Shown one piece after another: positions 57,243-64,000 of a stretch of 64,000 nucleotides of DNA. Each line of letters opens with the position of its first letter. Within the stretch, counting starts at the first letter, position 1. Source of the DNA: a virus. Taxonomy: Duplodnaviria > Caudoviricetes. The stretch is taken from positions 32,001-96,000 of IMG/VR virus record IMGVR_UViG_3300029288_000057, one strand, 5' to 3'. Both the position numbers and the translations under genes were made by a program. Below the pieces are notes generated by a model, which saw only the letters and a program-made list of their open reading frames with translations, did no database searches and was not told the DNA's origin.

Positions 57243-57284
57243 AAAATCTTTATATTTATATAAGAACTGAAAAATCAAATCACT

Positions 57285-57854
57285 ATGTTAACTTATCAAA
57301 CCCTCCCAGAAAAGGTAAAAAAGTATTTCCACAGGAATATTACTATGAGTGTGGCCTTTGTAAAAAAGGACGGAAGCGTAAGACACATATCTTTTAGGAG
57401 AAATCTCAAGTCTTATGTTAAAAGTGATGCTGAAAAATCAAATTCCCAGACAAACATGCTGCAGAATAATAATTTGATGTTGGTTTATGATACAAATTTA
57501 TATATTAAGGCGCTTAAGGGCGGTGCTGATGAAGGAGCTGCGTCAAAGGTAAGTTATAGAAACTTTAAATTGGAGAATGTAATGGTTTTCTTATGTGGCG
57601 GAGAGCTTTTTGATTTGCGTCAGGAGAATGATATTGCAAAAAGGTTTGGAGAAGGGGTGGCTGGCCAGCTAACCAAAAGCATGGTAAGTGCAATGAAAAA
57701 AGATGAAGATGATGCTATGGAATTAACGGGGGGTCTTGCTGAAAGCTCCCTCAAACAGTTCATTAAAGAAACAGCAACAAAGCTTCATAAGAAGACTTTG
57801 TTGGAAAATGCGAAGAGTGAAATTTTAAAAGAAATAAAGTTATTAGAAGAATAA
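57285..57854 (+). CDS. Putative late protein, SH3/Sm-like (DUF2693-like) N-terminal domain
   Basis: F.KKDG..R...VYD...YRNF (fold is inference); C-terminal FIKETATKLHKKTLLE. Confidence 0.7.
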   Translation: MLTYQTLPEKVKKYFHRNITMSVAFVKKDGSVRHISFRRNLKSYVKSDAEKSNSQTNMLQNNNLMLVYDTNLYIKALKGGADEGAASKVSYRNFKLENVMVFLCGGELFDLRQENDIAKRFGEGVAGQLTKSMVSAMKKDEDDAMELTGGLAESSLKQFIKETATKLHKKTLLENAKSEILKEIKLLEE

Positions 57855-57906
57855 ATAAAAGCACCACAACATTATATTTTCATATAAATATTATGAATTT
57901 TTAAAG

Positions 57907-58224
57907 TCAAAAAACAAATTCTGGCCAGGAGAATTTGGGAGTTTTGAATCTTGGCATATGTATTGGTTCAGGAAAGCGTTCTATGGTTGCCACGTCTAGT
58001 ATTGATGCTAGCATGACAATATCTTTATAATCAGACAGGCGTATCTTTCTTTTCTTTCCCCCCTCGTTTGTTTGTCCGAAGCAATAGAAGTCGCACCATC
58101 TGTTTACAATATTGCCTTCGATGGATGCGGGCAGCTTTTTATTGTGGGGATTTTTGCAGAAAACATAGTCTCCTGTGTGGAACTTTTGTCCTTTGTGTTT
58201 GTAGATATAGATTGTATTGTTCAT
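57907..58224 (-). CDS. Hypothetical protein
   Basis: ORF in operon. Confidence 0.7.
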   Translation of the reverse strand: MNNTIYIYKHKGQKFHTGDYVFCKNPHNKKLPASIEGNIVNRWCDFYCFGQTNEGGKKRKIRLSDYKDIVMLASILDVATIERFPEPIHMPRFKTPKFSWPEFVF

Positions 58225-58226
58225 AT

Positions 58227-58568
58227 TTATTCTTCTATTTCTGTTTCTCTTATGTCCCAGTATTGGTCGAATCCAAATTTATTTTCTTCCTGGTCTTTTT
58301 TTGTTGGGTATGTTTGTTGCCATTCTTCCCATTTTTGTTTTTTATGGAATTCCAATGCCATTTCGGCACCTTTTCTGGTTCGGTGGATGCTCATGGTTGC
58401 GCATGCGCTTTCGCATGCCTCAGCGGTGTAGATGAATTCATAAAGAGTGGAGGTCTCGGCGATTATTTGTCGTGCGTATTCTTCGGCTGCAAGTTGATAT
58501 GCTGCTTCTGTGGTTCCGTAATATTCTATTTTACATTTAAGAATTTTTTGAAATGCTAGGTTTTCCAT
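58227..58568 (-). CDS. Hypothetical protein
   Basis: ORF in operon. Confidence 0.75.
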   Translation of the reverse strand: MENLAFQKILKCKIEYYGTTEAAYQLAAEEYARQIIAETSTLYEFIYTAEACESACATMSIHRTRKGAEMALEFHKKQKWEEWQQTYPTKKDQEENKFGFDQYWDIRETEIEE

Positions 58569-58629
58569 TTGCGGGTTTTGGTTTTGGAGGGTGGGGTTTA
58601 GGACATACGAAAAAAAATCAGGGCCGAGG

Positions 58630-59442
58630 TCACTTTATACATTTTAAGGATTGTAGGTATTTTGCACTTACCATTGCTTTGGAGAAAGGTTGATTGGTGA
58701 TTGTTCTATATCCTTTTTTGTTTAGATAATCTGCTATTTCTGGACAAGTTTTCTTTTTTTGTCTCATATTCTTTATCATTTTCAGAATTCGCTTGTTTTC
58801 ATTGATATGTCCCTTTTCTGCTCTGATTAGTTTGGGAGTGCGTTGGCAGTTTGCTTCTCCAATTATTTTATAAATTCTATTGATGTCTTTGATTGCAAGG
58901 ACGCCTTTTTCTACAATTTCTTTTGCCGACAATCCCTGTTTGTATAGCTTTATTATTTCTTTATTTCTTTTTCTTTTTAAGCTGTTTACGTTTGGGAGTC
59001 CGTGTCTTATAAGTGTTTGTAGACGATAATCTTTGGAAATTTTGATTTTACGAACGCCTTGTTCGGCTTGGTTTTGCATTTCTTCTGACAATTCCTTTAC
59101 AATCTTTTTGTATTTGTCAGCCTTAAGGGCTTTGGAACTCAATCTTATTTCGCTAGCTATCTGTTGTATTCTTTGTCTTGTAAGCTGAAACTTGTCAGCC
59201 ACCTCAGTATAACTGCTGCCGTTCTTAATCATTTCGATAATTTCATAATTTCTATCAAAATTATCCCTGTTCCACTTTAAAAGTTTTTTGGGAGGAACAA
59301 TTCCATTTTTTCTGCATATAAAAAGAACACTGTTATAAGTAAGATTAACACAAAATGCAACCTCTTTATAACTATATCCTGATTGAATTAGCTCCTCTAT
59401 TTCTTTATTTCTCTTTCTGAGGCCTTCTTGAAATGTGGTCAT
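58630..59442 (-). CDS. Multi-HTH DNA-binding protein (sigma region-4-like repeats)
   Basis: Repeated RN.EI....G.S..E.A; LTRQRIQQI; IADYLNKKGY.T. Confidence 0.75.
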   Translation of the reverse strand: MTTFQEGLRKRNKEIEELIQSGYSYKEVAFCVNLTYNSVLFICRKNGIVPPKKLLKWNRDNFDRNYEIIEMIKNGSSYTEVADKFQLTRQRIQQIASEIRLSSKALKADKYKKIVKELSEEMQNQAEQGVRKIKISKDYRLQTLIRHGLPNVNSLKRKRNKEIIKLYKQGLSAKEIVEKGVLAIKDINRIYKIIGEANCQRTPKLIRAEKGHINENKRILKMIKNMRQKKKTCPEIADYLNKKGYRTITNQPFSKAMVSAKYLQSLKCIK

Positions 59443-59450
59443 TGGTTTTT

Positions 59451-59741
59451 TTAATAAAAAAATGGTTTATAATCGGTCTTTATTGGTCTTTGTTCATAGG
59501 TATATTGTTTCGTTCCGCAGAGCTTACATTCTCTACTCCATCTATCCTTTTGAACATCTCTATATCCAGCATAACTCCAATGGGGGTCAGAGCCCGCTCC
59601 ATCTTGAACAGAGCCATATCCTTCTTGAACAGTTTCTGGGTCATAGATTGGGTCTTTGAAGTCATGCTTACAGTTCCTGATTTTTTCTTTCAGAGAATTG
59701 ATTTTCTCTTGTAGCTGGTTTATTTCTTCTTGTGTATTCAT
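59451..59741 (-). CDS. Hypothetical protein (CxH..CxxC)
   Basis: ORF in operon. Confidence 0.75.
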   Translation of the reverse strand: MNTQEEINQLQEKINSLKEKIRNCKHDFKDPIYDPETVQEGYGSVQDGAGSDPHWSYAGYRDVQKDRWSRECKLCGTKQYTYEQRPIKTDYKPFFY

Positions 59742-59753
59742 GATTCATTCTTT

Positions 59754-60104
59754 TTATTCTTTAATTAGCCTTGCGTTTGCTGGGATAAGTTCACATTTTT
59801 CTGAAGCGGTATCTCCACTCTTTGTGTACTTTGCATATCCGTTTTTAACATCAAGGATTATAATGGTGTCCCTTGTCGGTTTTTGAAACGGGTTGTTGAG
59901 GTTGTATTCCTTCACCCATATCTGACCAGGATTGATTTTTTTATTTTTTCGAAAAGGGATTCCGTTTGCAGCTGATAGCAGCACAATGATTGATATAATT
60001 ATTAATGCAACACAAGTTATTAACGTTGCCTTGTGTTCTGTGATAGCTGCAAGAACGACACATAGAATGAGAACAGTGCCAGATATAATTATTGTTGGTA
60101 ACAT
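59754..60104 (-). CDS. Membrane protein
   Basis: Two TM helices. Confidence 0.75.
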   Translation of the reverse strand: MLPTIIISGTVLILCVVLAAITEHKATLITCVALIIISIIVLLSAANGIPFRKNKKINPGQIWVKEYNLNNPFQKPTRDTIIILDVKNGYAKYTKSGDTASEKCELIPANARLIKE

Positions 60105-60114
60105 ATATTAATCT

Positions 60115-60312
60115 TTAAATGTTTATAAGCTTTTCTTTAAGGTCATACCCAATACGCATCCATGTGCTTCTTAATTGTTCCTGCGATTGGTCATATCTCG
60201 TGTTGTTTACTTTTGGCGCTATTACACAAATTGCTCCTATGATGGACAGTGCCAGGACAAGTGTAAAAATCATCCAAAAAACCAATGTAATTGTAATACA
60301 AGTTGTTTTCAT
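60115..60312 (-). CDS. Small membrane protein
   Basis: Hydrophobic N-terminus. Confidence 0.7.
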   Translation of the reverse strand: MKTTCITITLVFWMIFTLVLALSIIGAICVIAPKVNNTRYDQSQEQLRSTWMRIGYDLKEKLINI

Positions 60313-60315
60313 AAT

Positions 60316-60612
60316 TTATGAATTAACATCGTTTTCAAGCTGATTGAATCTTTTCAAATCCGATTCTTCCTTGCGCTTTTTAACCTCTTCTATAAATAAA
60401 GAATACAATTCTTTGTACTCCTTTTTCGTTAATGGCACTATGGCATTGGAATACTTAAGACACTTGTTGTCTTCCCCTATAATTTCAATGGTGTGATTGC
60501 CATATAAAACGGCTACTTTTTTATGAGAAGAGTAGAATCTTGTACTCAACACAGACCTTTTATTTTCGATTAAAGCTTTAAGAATTCTAACTGCTTTTTC
60601 TTTTTCAATCAT
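60316..60612 (-). CDS. Hypothetical protein
   Basis: ORF in operon. Confidence 0.7.
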   Translation of the reverse strand: MIEKEKAVRILKALIENKRSVLSTRFYSSHKKVAVLYGNHTIEIIGEDNKCLKYSNAIVPLTKKEYKELYSLFIEEVKKRKEESDLKRFNQLENDVNS

Positions 60613-60616
60613 GATT

Positions 60617-61528
60617 TTAAATTTTATTATTTCTAACTGAGTCTTTTATTTCAATGTAAATGGGTGAAGCCCCAGCGTACTTTTCTACAACATCGAGCTT
60701 TATCTGTTCTATAACGTTTTCGATTTCATAAGCGTGAACCTCATCTTCAATATCCAATGACAAAAGTAACATAAATTTTTCTTTCCCAATAAACATTGTT
60801 TGAATTTTATTTATGTGTTTGACGATTGAGTATTCATGAATTATAGATTTTATGTCAGCACGAACTTCTCTTGGCACACTTTCTCCAACCATAAGCTTTC
60901 TGAGTTCATTAGAGAGCGTATAAGAGATGATAATAAGGATTGAGCCCACAAGTATTGACCCGATGGCATCGAAGATTGGGGACACTGTAAATGCCAAAAT
61001 CGTCGTAATAAGAACAACAATTAATCCCAATAGCGCAGCAAAATCTTCCAACAATATAACCATAAGATTTGTATTGCTCATGGCAATTATGGTTTTATAC
61101 AGTGATTCTTTATGTTTAAGTTGATTATATGCAACTCTAAAGGAGTTAAATTCTATTACAATAGCAATACTCAACACAACGAATGCCCACACCACGTTTT
61201 GTATTGGCTCAGGATTAATCAGCTTATGAACTCCTTCGTATACGGAAAATCCCCCTCCCACAAAGAACAATAAAATAGCGACCATAAAACCCCAGAAGTA
61301 TTCTTCCTTTCCATATCCGAAAGAGTGTTGTTCGGTGGGGACTTTTTTTGTTCTTTTATTTCCTATGAGCAAGAATATTTGATTAAAGCAGTCTGCGGTT
61401 GAATGGATAGCCTCGGCCATCATTGCGGCGCTGAACGTTATAATAGCAACAATGAATTTGATAACGGTGATAATAAAATTCCCTGCTAATGCTACGAATA
61501 CTGCTTTTAATGAGTTTGCTTGTGACAT
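60617..61528 (-). CDS. Cation diffusion facilitator (CDF) family transporter
   Basis: S.AM.AEAIHS.AD, P...H.FGYGK.EY, EG..KL..P, ED..A; six TM helices plus C-terminal domain. Confidence 0.92.
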   Translation of the reverse strand: MSQANSLKAVFVALAGNFIITVIKFIVAIITFSAAMMAEAIHSTADCFNQIFLLIGNKRTKKVPTEQHSFGYGKEEYFWGFMVAILLFFVGGGFSVYEGVHKLINPEPIQNVVWAFVVLSIAIVIEFNSFRVAYNQLKHKESLYKTIIAMSNTNLMVILLEDFAALLGLIVVLITTILAFTVSPIFDAIGSILVGSILIIISYTLSNELRKLMVGESVPREVRADIKSIIHEYSIVKHINKIQTMFIGKEKFMLLLSLDIEDEVHAYEIENVIEQIKLDVVEKYAGASPIYIEIKDSVRNNKI

Positions 61529-61806
61529 TATTTTTTAACTATTTTATATCCGTTGTTTTCGAGTTCCATAAGAATTACTCTCGCTTCTTTATTATAACTT
61601 CCTTCTCCAGAGTCGGCATGCTTTAAGCAGGCGCCTGCGATTATTTTAACTACTTCAAACTTTGGATAAAATGGCGCTATTTTTTGCGGAGCATTATCCT
61701 CAGCATTTAATGCTAATAGAACTCCCTGGTAAATTCCAGAATAAAAATCTTTTGTGCAAGGCTTGCACTGGTCAGCAATCATTTTTGCTTTTTTTTCGTT
61801 TGTCAT
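61528..61806 (-). CDS. Hypothetical protein
   Basis: ORF in operon. Confidence 0.7.
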   Translation of the reverse strand: MTNEKKAKMIADQCKPCTKDFYSGIYQGVLLALNAEDNAPQKIAPFYPKFEVVKIIAGACLKHADSGEGSYNKEARVILMELENNGYKIVKK

Positions 61807-61813
61807 AGGTTGT

Positions 61814-62422
61814 TTATTTGTGGTAATCTTCTTTATATTTCATGGACCAAGATGGGTTTGGCCTGTACATTGTGTTGTACAAATAGTCATAAACTTGTTT
61901 CCAGTCTGTTTCTGGATTAAATCCTGCTTTATCTTCAAAGAGTACATTAAAATACATTTTCTTGTAATAATATCCGAATGACCCTTTTGAGTCTGTGATT
62001 TCTGGATTTTCGTTTATGTATTTAAAATCAATTCCATCTTTTTTAAATTGCTCATTGTAAAATTCAATTTCTTGTGGATATGAAGAAGTAAACATGATGA
62101 TGATAGTATCAGGTCTTTTAGATAAAAGCTGCATGGTTTCTTTTGCATATGGATAATAGACAACTTCTTTTACAGTTTTTCTATAATCTGGTTTACATAT
62201 GGTACCGTGCACATCAAATACCCAATATGTTTCAAACCACTGTTTCTTTTCAGCGTGTTCAAACATAGTTTTAATCCAGGTAAGAATTTGTGGCGTGGAT
62301 TCTTTTTGTTCTAATTCTTTAATTTTCTTTTCTAACCAGCCTATGTATCTAGCTGGATAATAAGCTCCACTTAACATCAAAATGCTACCTGTATCCTTTT
62401 CAAATTCTTCTTTTAAGCCCAT
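61814..62422 (-). CDS. HAD-superfamily-like hydrolase
   Basis: FDVHGTI motif I, FTS motif II, INENP, K..F....EDKAG. Confidence 0.7.
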   Translation of the reverse strand: MGLKEEFEKDTGSILMLSGAYYPARYIGWLEKKIKELEQKESTPQILTWIKTMFEHAEKKQWFETYWVFDVHGTICKPDYRKTVKEVVYYPYAKETMQLLSKRPDTIIIMFTSSYPQEIEFYNEQFKKDGIDFKYINENPEITDSKGSFGYYYKKMYFNVLFEDKAGFNPETDWKQVYDYLYNTMYRPNPSWSMKYKEDYHK

Positions 62423-64000
62423 TATTTTTTGTTAACTAAATACAAGTTTTTTGAATCATTTAATAATATACCAGCCTTCGTGTAGAAAACTTGAGTAGTT
62501 TCGTCAACCAAACTACATTTAAACTTAGCCAGCGGCTGCATATCCTCATTTCTAAGGAATATTAGCTGGTTGTCTTCTGGCATGATAATATAATTGTTCG
62601 GATTGTATCCAAAATGTCTTATGGATGATAGTGGATATGAATATTTGTCTACATTCAGTCCATTTATCTTAAACAAGTTGAATTCTACTTTTCCATTCTT
62701 TATTGTTTGGGCAATTCCTACATTTCCGTTCTGATAAACATCACTTAGCACTTCATCATATATGATTGTGTCCAGATTATCATTTGTGTTAAATCTCAGA
62801 TATGTGTTCTTTCCGAAATTTTGTATCATTCCATTGTACTTTTTAAAGCTGCTTCCGAACACTTCTTTTGTTCTGAATTTAATATGAGTTCCAACAGTTT
62901 CGTCGAGGAAAATAGTAAACATTTTATCTTTTTCAATCACAACAAATATGTTCCCATATTGTTTGGCCATCACCATATCTTCAATGCCCATATCATCCAT
63001 TTCAATTCTTTGAAAGGTATTTAAGTCGTATTTGAAAAACTTTTTGTTTTCAAAAACAAACAATCCCTTATCGGTTGGTAGCGGTGCCATGTCCTTGCTT
63101 GTTCTTGGTATTCTTCCAAGCTCCTTGTAATAACTTTTGTCTTTTAAACTATAAACGACTATTTCGTCTTTAAGAGCCACACAAGCCATGTTGTTACTGC
63201 AATTGACATATCGAATTTCAACATTGTTTAGCATTGGTGTAATTGTTAATTCTCCTTCTTTTTCTACAACCTTATCAATGTTAATTACGTGGATTGTCTG
63301 AGTTGCAGCGTCAAGACTTAATATAAATCTTTCTCCATCTTTAAATATTCTTGTAAACTGTTCCATCAAATTCTTATCCTGTAATGGATGATAACATTTT
63401 GGAACAATCAGGTCTTTATCATTGTCAAAGACTGTGATTTTGTGAATTGCACGTTCAGGAAGGCTTTTGTATTTTGAATGTGTTCCTTTGTAGGGATGTA
63501 TGTTTGTTAAGAAATTAAACACTACAACTGCCAAGGCGTAGTAATCACTTTCTTTACTAATTTTTCCAAAGTTTAAATGGTCTCTGATGTCGTCCAATAA
63601 TTTACCAGAATGAACGGTTCCTGGGGTTTGATAAGAGTCTGTATCAATAAAAAATGTAGTTCCAGAATCATTCATCATAATGTTAAATGGATTAAAATCT
63701 CCAATAACAATTTGCTTTGCATGTACAGAATTGATGCTTTCTATAAGCGTCCTTACTACTTTTATTTTAATTTTGTCTGTTAATCCTTTTGTGTTGCAGA
63801 AATTATAGCTATAGGCCGAATATAAAGGAAAAAAATCCTGAGACAATTTCTTCATTATGAAACCTGCTATTTTTTTATTTTTGTTAAAAAGAAGTTCTTC
63901 GGGTTTTATAAAAATTGAGCCGTCTAATGCAGAAAGACAGTCAAGTTTTTTTTCAGTGAACAATGGGTTTATTTGATGATAGACTTTAGCAACCTTTCCT
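62422..64000 (-). CDS. Protein-kinase-like protein (5' end beyond window)
   Basis: Frame open to window edge with VAKVY; H...IVIGDFNPFNI, FIDTDS, SD.YALAV..HPY. Confidence 0.8.
   Translation of the reverse strand, partial: GKVAKVYHQINPLFTEKKLDCLSALDGSIFIKPEELLFNKNKKIAGFIMKKLSQDFFPLYSAYSYNFCNTKGLTDKIKIKVVRTLIESINSVHAKQIVIGDFNPFNIMMNDSGTTFFIDTDSYQTPGTVHSGKLLDDIRDHLNFGKISKESDYYALAVVVFNFLTNIHPYKGTHSKYKSLPERAIHKITVFDNDKDLIVPKCYHPLQDKNLMEQFTRIFKDGERFILSLDAATQTIHVINIDKVVEKEGELTITPMLNNVEIRYVNCSNNMACVALKDEIVVYSLKDKSYYKELGRIPRTSKDMAPLPTDKGLFVFENKKFFKYDLNTFQRIEMDDMGIEDMVMAKQYGNIFVVIEKDKMFTIFLDETVGTHIKFRTKEVFGSSFKKYNGMIQNFGKNTYLRFNTNDNLDTIIYDEVLSDVYQNGNVGIAQTIKNGKVEFNLFKINGLNVDKYSYPLSSIRHFGYNPNNYIIMPEDNQLIFLRNEDMQPLAKFKCSLVDETTQVFYTKAGILLNDSKNLYLVNKK

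Noticed and set aside
58068-58559. Plus-strand ORFs overlapping minus-strand operons (here and throughout)
   Set aside because: Shadow frames with F/S/L-rich composition opposite better-supported genes.
1-64000. Stop-codon reassignment (TAG or TGA), as in some large phages
   Set aside because: Recognisable genes are intact in the standard code, and TAG stops (e.g. 15875, 19444, 29952, 43567) fall right at cassette boundaries.

Overview
AT-rich fragment of a large (jumbo-type) bacteriophage genome. The host is probably a Bacteroidota member, since leaders are A-rich and lack Shine-Dalgarno sites. The genetic code appears standard. No virion structural or core replication genes are recognisable in this window. 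The dominant feature is a ~42.5 kb minus-strand array (about 9.4-51.9 kb) of small, mostly unknown genes. Almost every gene or short operon sits behind a copy of one bipartite element, 5'-CC(C/T)TCTTT-N~11-12-CTTTATAT-3' (about 65 copies by manual count). The stop codon of the previous gene usually abuts the element, giving a promoter-cassette architecture. A second promoter class (TGAAAC/TGTAAC-N16-17-CGTA, ECF-type) and a third (TATTTATA) are also present. The window's own ECF sigma gene sits behind a class-I element, which suggests a three-tier transcription cascade. Several promoter-terminator units contain no ORF and look like small RNAs; some are complementary to A-rich AUG translation-start regions. 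Two repeat-rich non-coding blocks (~6.9-7.5 kb and ~52.1-52.7 kb) bracket the array and may be origins or terminal signals. Recognisable genes: RadA/Sms-like ATPase, ECF sigma, ParB-like protein, two HNH and one GIY-YIG nuclease, DNA methyltransferase, GP88-like protein, three metallopeptidases, CDF transporter, HAD hydrolase, a protein kinase (cut by the window end), three tRNAs and one degenerate tRNA-like element. All calls are by eye from motifs; no searches were run.
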